From contig MCFH01000042.1 of assembly GCA_002104945.1 (NCBI GenBank), positions 186,001 through 250,000 of the forward strand: a stretch of DNA of 64,000 bases. Direction: 5' to 3'. The position numbers were made by a program, and so were the translations under genes. Under the pieces are notes generated by a model that saw only the letters and a list, made by a program, of their open reading frames with translations, was not told the DNA's origin and searched no databases. Each line of letters begins with the position of its first letter. The first letter of the stretch is position 1. The DNA comes from Piromyces finnis finn (taxonomy: Eukaryota; Fungi; Neocallimastigomycota). Positions 35,318-48,424 of the stretch are shown here, piece by piece.

Positions 35318-38300
35318 GGTTGTAATGACTTGTGGTACACCATGTCGAGAGAAAACATTGACTAAAAATTTTATGACATCCTTTGAAGTGATATTTTCGG
35401 TGGGTTCTGCTTCGACCCATTTTGTGAAATGATCCACTGCAACTATAATATATTGGTTATTGTTACGAGTTTTTACTAATGGACCAATGATATCTAAACC
35501 CAGATGAGTGAAAGGAGCTTCAACCTCAGTTGGAAGATTTTCCGTAGGTTCTGGATATGGTTGAGGGCGATTAAGTTGGCATTTTTCACATTTGGCTACA
35601 ACTCTTCGAATATCATTAACCATGTCGTTCCAATAATAGCTTTTTCTCAGACGTTGATAAGTTTTATAATATCCTTCATGTCCAATGTTATGAGCTTCCA
35701 AAATCAATTTCAGCTTTTCATTGGTTTCCGTGATCAATTTTCGATAATTCCTTCCATCAATAAAGTAATCCACCCCATCTATTTTGGTGAACTTTTCTTC
35801 AACAAATTCTTTAATTACCTTGATAGCATGGTTTCTTCTATACCTTTATTAATTTTAGTAGCTAACACTTCCTTATCTTTGTCATTTCTCATTCGAGACA
35901 GTGCATCTGCTACAACATTCTTTTTACCTTGTTCATAACGAATATCAACTCCTAGCATACTAGCTGTTAAACACCATCTTGTTCGTCTTGCATTGTTTGG
36001 CTCCTTATTTTTAAATAATCCAATTAATGGTTTATGATCAGTATAGACGATAGTCTTGAATGGACTTTCCATTATATAAGGCTTTAATTTAGTAATGCAG
36101 TAAAATAAGGCAGTCCCTTCCAAGTCAGTAATTCCATAATTTTTTTCTGCTTTCGTCAGACTTCGGCTAATATAATGAATTGGATGTTCAATATCGGTAC
36201 CTTCCTTTTGTAATAATACTCCTCCGATTCCTTCATACGATGCATCTGTTCGGATTATAAATTCTTTCTCAAAATCAGGGAATTTCAGAATAGGCGCATT
36301 AATTAACTTTTCTTTCAATATAATAAAACTCTCTTGTTGTTCATTACACCATTTGAAAGGAACACCTTTTCTAAGCAACTTACACAAGGGAGCAGTAAGT
36401 TTAGCATAATTAGGAATAAAATCTCTATAATATCCAATTGAACCTAGGAATGATCTTAATTCATGGATATTCGAAGGAGGTTTCCAATTTTTTATAGCTT
36501 GGATTTTGTTATCTAATGGTTTAAGACCCTCTGTAGTTAAACGATGGCCTAACACGTCAACTTCAGTTTGCATAAAATGATATTTTTCAATATTGATTTT
36601 TAGTTTGTTTTCCCGGAAAATTGCTAAAACTTGATTTATATGTTCAATATGTTCTTCAATACTCTTTGAATAGATCAGAATATCATCAATGAAGTTATAA
36701 ACACACTTTCCAATTAACGGAAACAGAATCCGATTCATCTCCCTCTGAAATGTAGCGGGTGCTCCAGTGAGACCAAAAGGCATAACCTTGAATTGGTAAT
36801 TTCCAAACTTAGTTGTAAAACTTGTCAATTCAACGCTTTCTTCATCCATAAGGATTTGATGATAGCCGGAATATAAGTCCATAGTAGTGAATATAGTTGC
36901 ACCATGTAAACTATCAAATATCTCATCTATAAAAGGAATTGAATAGGCATCCTTTTCAGACAAATCATTAACTCTTCGATAGTCCACGCACATTCTCCAT
37001 TTCCCATTATGCTTCGGGACCAAAACCACCGGAGAAGACCATTCCGAGTACGATGGCTCAATTAGCTTTTTATTAATCAATTTAGACAATTCTTCCTTAA
37101 GTATATCAGATTTGAACTTGGCTAACCTATATGATCTTTGTTTAATTGGCTTTGCTCCTGGCTTTAAATTAATCTTATGGGGAGTTAAATTCGAAGGTGT
37201 TAGTTCTTCAGAAGAAGTAGCAATAATTTCAATATTCTCTTCCAATATCCGAACAATTTGTTCTCGATACTTTTCATTAAGAGTCTCAGTAAAATTTTTA
37301 TTGTGAATATATTCTGAAGGTGGTAAACCTTCAATATTTTTCAAATCACTTTTAAAATCTTCATCACCGACTCTACGTATCATACACATAATCTTTTCTT
37401 CATCATCATATTTGTTATTAATTGGAGCAATATCTTCAATAAATCCATTTGAATTAAATCTGCAAAGACTATAGCGAAGTGGGTGGATAAATAAGTTGTT
37501 ATCCATTTGGGTTTTCAAATTAATTAACATATCATAAAAGGGGTCTTCTTTATCCACCACTCTAAAATCAGCAGTGATTGTAAGATCATTTATCTGGACC
37601 GGTACTCTAATAATTATGCCTTCCGAATAGTCATCATTTTTAGTAGCTAAACGTATTCTTCCACAACTCAATCCAATAGATTCATATTGATGGGGAAGTT
37701 TATCTAAATATTTTTTTGTTATAATACTTAAGTTGCTACAGGAATCAACTAATAATTTACCTGGTACCCCATCAACCGTTGCATCTACCATAGCGATATC
37801 TTCTTCTGATACTTCTTTACTTTTGCTTACATACGAATGATCTACATTATTTACTAATACCGAAGTAGCATTAAAATTCTCCAGAGCTCCCACAATTTTT
37901 GTGTTGTTCTTTTCCAGTTTAAGACCTTGTGACACTTGCGTTCGTAACTTTGGAGCCGAGTTAAGTAATTGACCAAAAGTAATATTGCATTTTGTTTCGT
38001 TAAGATCTTTAACTACATTATATTCTTCCGTATCTGCTATCATTTGAATATTTCTAGCAGTTTTCTTAACCTTCGATTCTGCAGGTTTTTCTTTCTTTTA
38101 CTCTTTCATTAATTTATTTAGAGTTGAATTAGAAGTAGATTTGGTTGATTCACTTGTGTTATCTTTCTCTACCACCTTAGCACCTTTCTTATCTGTAATT
38201 GCAGATAACATTTCTTCTTCATCATAGTCGATAATAATAGGATCTTCATTAGAACTTGCCAATTCATTCTTTTCTTCTTCCTTTTGTTCACTACTACTAG

Positions 38301-38768
38301 CACGCTCTTTATCCCGAAGTTTTCTTTCTTTTAGTTTTTGTTCTCTGATATTCGGTTGAGCAATAATAGAAGGATGCAGTTGCTTAGGAGAAACATTTAT
38401 TGGTATATTTTCTAATTCTTGTGCTTTACGTTTCCTAAGAGCAGGTGTAAGAATAAGTCTAGGATCATTTTTCAAGTTTTTGTGAAGTCGTTTTTCTTTA
38501 TTATCATCTTGTTCTTTGCTTATTTTATCCAACTTCCTTTTATTAGCACATACAAAGAACTGTTCATTAATATCAGTATCTTCAAAGTCACTTTCGATTT
38601 CTTCATCATATTCTTCTTTCGACCAATCACTCTGGCTTGTTGTTTCTTCACTTGGCATTGACTGATACTGAGCTGAAGCTATTTTATTGACGATGGGAGT
38701 GCTTCTTCTCCCACTTAATGATTTAAATGATTATCATAATAACGCTTCTTGTTTCCTTCAATAATGGC

Positions 38769-39596
38769 TTAAAGTTTTGGGCAATTTTGTTGATAATGAC
38801 CAGGTTCACTACAGAAGAAACAAGCTTTAATAGTTAAATTCTTCATTTTCTTGACTAGGTTATTCATTTCATCATCTTTATTAGGCTTTTTGGCTTCAGT
38901 AAAAGAAACTTTTCTCTTGTATGGTTGAAAATGATTATAACTTTTGGTTATTGCAGTAGTCGTTGGTATATTACCATCATTATCTATTCTAGTAGATAAC
39001 CTATCTACCTTCTCAGCTATCTTAAAGGCCTTTTCTAGGGTGATATCATCTTTTAAAGATACTTTTCTCCATGCTTCTTTATTATTTTGTAAAGAATCTG
39101 CATAATCTAACACACTAATCTGCTTCTTCTTTTTCTTATCCAACTTTAAATATAAAGATCTATATCTTCTATTGAAATCTTTAACTGATTCATTTCTTCT
39201 TATACGTAGTCTTCTTAGTTCCCGTAATAACATACTTTGATCTTCTTTTAACCCATAAAATGTTTCAAGGGCATTGATAATTTTCCCAAGTGAGGGATAA
39301 TCTTCTTCATTAGATTCATTTTTCTGATTCTCTTCTTCATTTTCACTTTCATATTCATCTTCACTATCACTGTCTTTATCTTCCAACTCTTGGATTACCT
39401 TTCTTGATTCACCCTTAGAAGTAAGCACACATGCCATGTAAATTTTCTTGGCACTAGTGATATCTTGAAGTTCAATCCATAAACTTATTTCAGAAGCCCA
39501 GGATCTTATGTCCAAATTATCTTTGGAAAGTTTTTCTATATCCTTGAGTTCCTTCTTCAATTCCTTGAAATCTATCCTTGTAGTAGAATTGCTCAT
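38769..39596 (-). CDS. gag: A2 Gag (275 aa), same premature TAA as A1
   Basis: Near-identical to A1 Gag. Confidence 0.88.
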   Translation of the reverse strand: MSNSTTRIDFKELKKELKDIEKLSKDNLDIRSWASEISLWIELQDITSAKKIYMACVLTSKGESRKVIQELEDKDSDSEDEYESENEEENQKNESNEEDYPSLGKIINALETFYGLKEDQSMLLRELRRLRIRRNESVKDFNRRYRSLYLKLDKKKKKQISVLDYADSLQNNKEAWRKVSLKDDITLEKAFKIAEKVDRLSTRIDNDGNIPTTTAITKSYNHFQPYKRKVSFTEAKKPNKDDEMNNLVKKMKNLTIKACFFCSEPGHYQQNCPKL

Positions 39597-42594
39597 TTTC
39601 TTTTATTTTCCTTGACTGAATTTATTGCAGTACAAGATGACACAGTATAGACTCAAAAATACCTTTGATAGTCTAAAAAAAATTATAAGTTCGAAATTCC
39701 TTTATCGACCACTTATTAGTTGTAACCAAGCTCGAAATTCCTTTATCGACCACTTGACAGAATGAGATACAAATAATCTAGCACAGCACGTACTACCAAT
39801 TATTTATTTAAATTTTTAGTATCACTCCTTACTATCTTAGTTCAGTCAGAAAAGATGAAATTATTACTTTTGTTTTCTGTTTTTCTTATAGTTAATTATT
39901 ATTTGTTTTCAATTTACTAGCAAGAATTTTAATTTAATATTGTTATTACTGATTCAAGTTACCGACCAAATTATATATAATAGACTATTAACTAAGAGTC
40001 TTTCGTCCAATGGTAAATGTTGCCATCACCTTATTCACACGATCTAAGTTCCGTCACGTGCTTCAGGATCTTTCTACCACCCCTAGTATACCTCTGTTGA
40101 TTAGTTAATAAGGCTTGTCTATGCTGATATAACTTGTTTAACTTAAAACAGTAAGAAAAGAATATTTCAATTAGCAATATTAAATTACTCGAAGAGAATC
40201 AACAAAAAGAATAGATATATATATATCTATATTTTTTTTTAATTAATTATTATTTAAAAACTTATTTCTTTTTATAAAAATATAGGCCAACCTATATAAT
40301 GTTAAACCACCAAGTATTATAGGTTGTGTAATTCTAAGTGAAAATCCCTCGTAGCTCTTTGATGATAAGCCACAAATATACCCGATGGTTAATATTAAAT
40401 ATAATTTAATAAAAGGAAGTAACGTAATTAATTTCTTTATTATCACTAACTTAATTAGCGGAAAGAAAATAATTGATTATCTTCCCCAATTATCAGATAT
40501 AATTGAACACCAAAGTATTACGTACAGCAGTTTAACTTGCCACGCTAAGGGTCACTTTCGAATTATTTATTTATATTTTAAAAAGAATAATTTTTAAAAA
40601 TCGTTCAATTAGAAAAAAAAATTTTTTTTTTTTTCTTTTTTTTAAAAATTATAAATACTAAAATAATATTTAATTTATTAAAAATTTGAATTACAATAAT
40701 AAGTATAGTAGAACAGCATTTCACAGCAATTTTCCAATACTTATTTAGGGTGCTTAAGTAGTTCACAATTGCCCAGCTTACCGTATTACCAGTGTCATGT
40801 AGCAATTATGCGAGGCACTTCTATTTCTCTAGCAAAATAGAAAGGTTCAGCGCTTTCCAGTATCCTACTGTGAAAGATAAACTAGACCTAAAAACTTAAC
40901 CACTAATTCCTAAATAAAGTACTGCTTCTAAAGCGTACTAATTCAGTTCTACTATAATATTATACCTTAAAGCTTCAACAGTAATATAAATATTACCTAT
41001 AACTTTGAAGGGTAATAAATTTTTAATAAATTTATATAATATTTTAGTAATATTTTAATATTACTTTATCCTATGTATTAATAATTTTTATTAATATTAT
41101 CCCCGATATCTCCACCAATTTTTATGTTACGATTCGAGGAATTTACTTTTATTTATAAAATATTAATAAATTTATTAATACTCAAAAATAATATTAAAAT
41201 GAAATAAGAAAAATTGTTTTATTAATAAAATTGTTTTATTAAGATATTAATATAAAATTATAAAATAAAATAAAAATAAAAATATCTGTATATTCTCTAA
41301 TTCTTATAATATACACCTTTTTATACTTTTTGTAAAAAATTAAGTAGTGTTAATTAAAAGAATTAGTCTTTAATTATTTACATTAATTTTAGTATTTAAA
41401 TTACTTTTAAATGAATAATAAAATTACATTACTATTATAATAAATATTTATACATATTATTAAATTGATTAACATACATTAAAAGTTTACTTTAAATATA
41501 TTTAACTAAAGAATTTTACTATTTTACAGAAATATTATTCATAATTTTAATTAATAAAAATTCATTAACTTGATAAATTAAACTAAAAGTTCAATAAACT
41601 ATAATTTTCAATATATTATTATTACTAAATTAATTTTTAAGTTTAATAAAATAAAATTTAAGTTCAATAAAAATAATTATTAATAATTTTAAATATAATT
41701 TAAGTGTATACATTAATTTACAAATAAGAATATTGTAAAGTTTTCATACATTTAGGAACAATAATGGATTAGGTCATAATCATTAATTATGACAAGAATA
41801 ACATTATTTGTTGGTTCCTTAACAATTTTTGATATAATTTGATAATAATCTTAATTTTGAATTTTACTTCAAAAAGTGATTATTATATTATATCTTTTGT
41901 TATAACTATATAAGTTATATTGATTAAGATTTAAAATCGTTTTTATAAAAATTAATAAAATTGTTTTGTTAAAACACTAAATTGTTTTATTAGAAACACT
42001 TGTTTTTCTAATATTTAAATATTTAAAATTTTTATTTATTTAAGTATAAAAGTGATTATTAAAATTATAAAATATTAATCTAACTATATAATATTTCTTT
42101 ATTAATAATAATAATAATGATTAAAATAAGAATATTTACATGTATTTATATTTTCTTTTAAATTTAAACTATTTACATTAAAACAATAAAATTAATAACT
42201 ATTTACAATAAAAATAATAAAAGTAATTAGAAATAACAATAAAAGAAATAATTAAAAGTTAAAGAATATAAAAAGTTGTTTATTTTACAATTAATTAAAG
42301 TAATAATTATTTTTAATGTTTTAATAAAGGTGTTTAATTATATTATTTTATAACATGAATTATTATATTTGTTTACTTTTAAAGTGTAATTTACTAACGA
42401 AGTTATTAAATATTTAATTTAACAATTAATTTAACAAGAGTTATATATTTTGATCTCGATTAATTAAAGTTTATTATTTTCTTTCAATAATCAAAATATA
42501 TGCAGTGTTTAGGATTAATTTTATTTAAGAGTTTTGGTAAAGTACTTAATTAAACTATAACTTGTTTTAAGTTACTTTTAGGGTTAACTTAAAA

Positions 42595-43563
42595 TGTTAA
42601 ATTTTTGGATTTGGTTATGCGGCCAGGTCAGAATGTTATCAATTATATAGTAAATATGTTTTTAAGAAATTAAATTTAAATATAAAATAACCCTTTAAAC
42701 TTCCAAATGAAAAATTAATATTTATTCTTTAGAATAACTTTTTTTATAAAATTTTATTTATTTATTAATAATAATATAAATGATAATATATTTAATAACT
42801 ATATAATTAAGATTATAACTATAATCTTTACAAAGAATTAAAATCAAATTCAATTCATTCTATTTTATATTCTTTGTTCAGATTATTAAATTGATAAAAA
42901 TAAAGTATTACATGTAATATGTTAATAATATAATAAGATTGTTTGTTTGTTTGTTTGTTTGTTTGTTTTGTCATGACATAAAATAAAATAAACATATGAT
43001 TAATCATTTAAACACTTGATCCATTAACCTATTTTATAATAATTAAAATTATTTAATTTATAAATGTTAACTGTTACACCTAAATGGTTTAGTTCTATTT
43101 TTAGTAACAGTCACTATCATTAATTAAATTAATATAATTAGAATTTCTATTGATATCTTTTTAATTTTCGTCAAGTCATAAGAAATGTCTATGATCCATA
43201 CTTGATATCATATTAATTTTAATTTACTTATAAAAATCTTCAAATGATCATATCTTCCTTAAATGACCAGTTAGAAGGACCGCGATTATACCAAAATATA
43301 GCTTTTCCCTTAAGCTTTCTAATAAACTTGGTTTCACAACCGTAGCACTTATTTCGTGTTTGTTTATTTTTGGTTAAGGGTTATAGTGTATTGATATTAA
43401 ATTTTTTGAAATCATAACCCTTTCACTGAACCAAAATTTAAAAGGTGACTTTTAAAGGTGTTTTAAAATAATTATTGGGATCGATCATTTAATTCTAATT
43501 ATTATGTTTAATTAATTATAGATATTATCTGAATTTGTTTTAAATCCGGTTAATATCTTCACA
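42595..43563. mobile_element. Solo LTR-like repeat 'H1' (969 bp)
   Basis: TGTTAAA...CTTCACA; flanked by TAAAA on both sides (42590-42594, 43564-43568); near-identical to H2; contains (GTTT)n at ~42938-42968. Confidence 0.75.
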
Positions 43564-44671
43564 TAAAATGTCAAGAGTTAGAGTGGATTTAGAACTATAA
43601 TTAAGTCTACTAGGTTAGGATAGGCTTAATTATATAGTAAATAATAAATTTTTATAAATAAAAGAGTAATAAATATAGTTTTTTAAGAAATATTTTATTT
43701 AATTTTTATAATATAAGTAAATGATAATTATTAATTTTAAATATTGAATTTACTATATAAAAATGAGTATAATAATCTCACAAAGAACTTCTTAAAGTTG
43801 TTCTTTGTTCAACTTATTTATACTTTCATTTTTAATATAATGTTGATATTAATAAAGTATAATAATAATAATATAATTTTCTTTAAATATCGATATTAAT
43901 AAGTTGTTAAAAATAATATTAATAATTATTTAAATGAATCTTATTTTACTAATTGGTTTGTTTAATATTAATTGAATTGTTACACTATTTATCTCCGGAT
44001 AATAAATAGCTTTCCAATTAATATTTATATTAAATAAACTATTATTAATAAAATATTATTAAATTAATATTTTAATTAATTTAACTAATAATTCAAAATT
44101 ATGAAATTTCATGAAATGTCAAATTTCATGAATTGTGATTTTGACAACGCCCTTCCACTAAAATTGGATACTAGACAATTTTTTGATAGTGGAATATCTT
44201 ATATTGAATTTAAAATATTGAAATTTTAATATTTTCAAAATTTTTGAAATTTCGAAATGGTCACATGAGGATGGAGGAATGAATTTTAAATGGCCATTTC
44301 GCGAAATTTCAAAAGTTGTCAAAAATTGGTAAAAATGAAATTTTGTTATGAAATACATATATGTATTGTATAAAAAATGTGTTTTTGAAATTTTTTATGT
44401 TGTACAACTGTCATAATTGAAATTTTGAATTTTTTGAAATTTTAAATTTTGATTTTAAAGGGTTTTTTATGTTTTTTGAAAATTTTAAAATTTAATATTA
44501 AAAATATTAATAATAATAAGCTGAAAAATAAATTTTATAATTAAAAAATAGTGAATAGAAAAATTTTTGAAATTTCAATTTTTAAATCTGTGATGGGTTA
44601 AATTGAAGTAATTTTGTATTGTAATAGTTTTCTCTTTTTTTTTTTTTTTTTCATTCTCTCTCTCTTTCTCT

Positions 44672-44701
<30 letters not shown>

Positions 44702-44707
<6 letters not shown>

Positions 44708-47700
44708 ATAAGCAATATCAATAGGCTTCCTATTGTTCTTTAAATATAATAAGAAGATATTTTGGTTTCTTGGGTTATCTTCAACTTCACTAGAAGGAAC
44801 CCAATTATATTGAGAACGGTATTTGTATCTAATTTTGTATTCATACCGTTTAAGTTTATAATTAGTTCGAAATCCCGCAATCTCAATGATGTCTTTAATT
44901 GATTCGGGATCCTTTGATCTTGATAAAAATCTTGAAGGAGTAGGAATAAAAGGTTCAAGTTCCGAAATATGGAAGATTGGATGATGTTTTGGGAAAGGAG
45001 AGTTGTGTATATCTATTTTATAATTGTTATTTTCCAAAACATTTAAAACTTTATAGGGTCCATATTTACAAGGAGAAAGTTTTGGAGTTTCTTCCGTAGA
45101 AAAGGATGGAGGAGCTTGAATCCAAACTTTATCGTCAACTTTAAATATAGGAGGTGACATCCTTTTCTTATCGGCATGTTTTTTATATAAATCCTTGGCT
45201 CTAAATAAAACTTCTTTAACATAATTAAAATTATCACAAACATTTCTAATAAAATTATTATTAGTATAGGATTTGTCATAAAGGAAAACATCATCAACAG
45301 GAGGGTGGAATCCATAGTTAATAAAGAAAGGACTTTGTTTGGTAGACTCATTAATAGAATTGTTATAAACAAATTCGGCTAAGTGAATCCATTCAACCCA
45401 GTCATCATGATAATAGGACTTTGAATAACAGCGGAGATATTGTTCAATAAAAGAGTTACATCTTTCAACTTGCCCGACCGTTTCATGATGATCAGTGGTA
45501 GCAATTTTAGTTTTAACTTTAAGTTCTTCCATTAAACTATTCCAAAGATCACTAGTAAATTGTGAACCACGATCAGTATAAATATCAGAAGGCAATCCAT
45601 GAAGTTTGAATATATTTTTAATAAAAGCTGTAGCTGTTTGTTTAGCATCGGGTATTTTCTTAAAAGGAACTAAATGAATCATTTTTGAAAATCTATCTAC
45701 AGTAACCATTAGAACAGTATATCCTTTAGAATCAGGTAAACCACATAAAAAGTCAATTTCAACAAAACGCCATGGTCTATCAGGAGTTTCTAAAGGTTGT
45801 AAAGGATCATATTTTTTGTGTTTATTGAATTTGTTTCTAGTACAAGTTTCACAAGAATTAACAAACTCAGTTACATCTTTATGAATTTTTGGCCACCAAT
45901 AGTTTCTAGTAATTAATTCTTCAGTTCTTTTAATACCCAAATGACCAGCAGCAGGATTTTCATGGTATCGCATAAGTACTTCTAATCTTAAAGCTTCAGG
46001 AATATATATTAAATTATTATAAAGAATCATATTATTTTGAATCTTGAATTTATTCATTTTTCTAAAGGGTCTATAAAAATAACCTTGATTAGCATTATTT
46101 GGTGCAAAATATAATCTAATATCGTTTGCAGTATTATCTGTTTTAGTATATTCGATAACTTTATCAATAAAGTCACTAAGAATTCCCACAAAACATGGAA
46201 TGTTTTTAACATTTTTTATATCTAAAATATGCTCAGGTTTTATTTGTTCATTACCAGAATTATAATCAGGTCTTCTAGAGAGACTATCTGGCTTACCATT
46301 TTTTCTTCCTTGGCGATAAATTAATTCAAAATCATATTCTTGAAAGAAGAGATGCCAACGATGTTGACGTTGATTTTGAATTTTTCCACCTAAAGTATAA
46401 AGTAAATTGCGGTGGTCTGTATAAACTTTTACTTTAAATTTAGCACCTAAAAGTAGATGTCGCCAAGCCGAAAAAGCAGATTTAATAGAAAGAAGTTCTT
46501 TATCTGTAATAGAATAGTTCCTTTCTGTATCATTTAAACTTCTGGAAAAATAAGCAACAGGATGTAGTTTTTTATCATCATCATATTGAGATAAAACGGA
46601 ACCTATTGCGAAATTGCTGGCATCACATTCTACTATAAACGGCCTATTAGTGTCAGGAAAAACTAAAACGGGAGAGGTAATTAATTTATTTTGTAAATTT
46701 ACGAAAGCATCATCACATATCTTATCCCAATGAAACTTAACATTTTTCCTAGTTAAATTATGTAAAGGTTTGGCGATTTTGGCAAAATTATTAACAAACC
46801 TTCTATAATAATTACAAAGACCAAGAAAGTGTTGAACATCTTTAACACATTTTGGTCTAGGCCATTCTTTAATAGCTTCGATCTTCTTTGGATCAGTAGA
46901 GATACCATTACCTGAAATAGTGAAACCTAAGAATTCAACTTCATTTTTATGAAATTCACATTTTTCAAATTTTGCATATAAATTGTTTTGTATTAATTTA
47001 TCTAAAACAGATCTTACATGGTTGATATGATCGTTGAGATTTTCTGAGAAAATTAAAATATCATCCATGTATAAAATAACAAATTTATCCAAATATTCAC
47101 GTAATATTGAATTTATGAATGATTGGAATGTTGCTGGAGCATTTTTTAATCCATATGGCATTACTAAATATTCGTAATGACCAAACTTTGTTCTAAAAGC
47201 AGTCTTATATTCATCACCTTCTTTTATTCTTATCAAATTATAAGCTGATCTCAAGTCCATTTTAGTGAAAATTTTTGAACCCCTAACCCTTTCAATGATA
47301 TCTGAAATTAAAGGTAAAGGGTACGAATTTCTTACTGTTACAGCATTTAACTTTTTGTAATCAATACAGACCCTTAATGAGCCATCTTTTTTCTTCTGGA
47401 AAACAACAGGGTAACCTGCAGGAGATTCAGAGGGCCTAATAAAACCTTTTTTAAGATTTTCATTAATATATTCTTGTAAGGCTTCTTCCTCTTGTCTTGA
47501 TAAAGGATAGATAGGTCCATAATGTAAAGTGGCGTCATTTTCTAGAACTATTTTACAATCAGTTAAACGGTGTGGAGGTAACTTATCAGCTTTTGATTTG
47601 CTGAAAACAACAGCAAGATCTTTATATTCATTAGGGATATCATCCATGATAAGGGTTAGGTCATTTTCTTCATCATCTTCAAAATTTACGACATTTTCAG

Positions 47701-48388
47701 ATAAAAATGAATGGATAAAATAATTGATATCACTCTTATTAAAAGACGTAGAATTATTATCTTTAACTTGAAGATTAGATTTATGAGAGAAATTAGTAGA
47801 ATTATTATTAGTATTATCGGAAAATGAATTATTAAAATCTTTTTTAGAATGAGAAATTTTTAAATTTTTTGAAAAAATTTTTAAATTCTTATTATTGAAG
47901 TGTTTAAAATTATTACAATATAAATGATTATTTTTATAATTAAAATGAATCTTAAATTTCTTCATGAATTTATTTCCAAATAATAAATCCATAGGAATAT
48001 GTTCTGAAACTAAGAATTTTTCTTTAAAAGATATAAAATAAAATTTATTTTTGATAAAAATTTTTAATTGAAATTTTAAATAAACATAATCATTGATATC
48101 AGTAGTAAACCCACTAATACCTTTTATAATCAATTTGTTTTTTAATTTTCTTTTAATTAAATTATATTCTTCTACAAATATGGTAGAAATAAAGTTGCAT
48201 GAGGAACCTGAATCAAGTATTGAATTACAGGTTATTGGAGAATTGGTAATAAAATTAGAGTTGTTATTTAGAAATTCTTTAGGAATATATGAATTAAAGG
48301 TTAGAAATGAATTTAAATTGGGATTTTCTTTGTTCTCTAGAGATGGGAAATTATAATAAATAATTTTTGGTGTATTATGAACATCCAT
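44702..48388 (-). CDS. pol: Element F Pol (PR-RT-RNase H-IN-GPY-chromodomain-like), 1228 aa
   Basis: ILDSGSSCNF, LPPHR, LRVCIDYKKLN, MDLRSAYNLIR, LYMDDILI, VECDASNFAIG, TDHRNL, HENPAAGH...CETC, DRGSQF, YGPY, HPIFHISELEP, then YEYKIRYKY...NWVPSSEV. Confidence 0.95.
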
Positions 48389-48424
48389 TGACGTCTTATG
48401 GTGTTCATTGTTTAAAAATTTTTT
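48377..48424 (-). promoter_or_regulatory. Predicted -1 frameshift signal of F (A AAA AAT / A AAT TTT + 11-bp stem)
   Basis: Slippery run 48424-48415 at the gag stop. Stem ATGAACA-CCAT / ATGG-A-TGTTCAT 48408-48377. The -1 frame is open into pol. Confidence 0.75.

Larger units (their letters stand above)
33441..38658 (-). pseudogene. pol: A2 pol fragments (38098-38658, 35815-38043, 35276-35773, 33441-34058)
   Basis: Near-identical to A1 Pol except at the listed lesions. Confidence 0.93.
32718..41824 (-). mobile_element. Second copy of family A ('A2'), disrupted
   Basis: 700-bp LTRs 32718-33417 and 41125-41824. TSD ATTT (32714-32717 / 41825-41828). PBS 41099-41117. Gag 38769-39596. Pol is broken by CAA>TAA (38098-38100), a 1-bp deletion (~35822) and insertion G. 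Confidence 0.95.

Noticed and set aside
41829-42589. Possible further LTR starting TGATATAAT at 41830
   Set aside because: No matching CA end with TSD found; only short motif similarity to Y/G.
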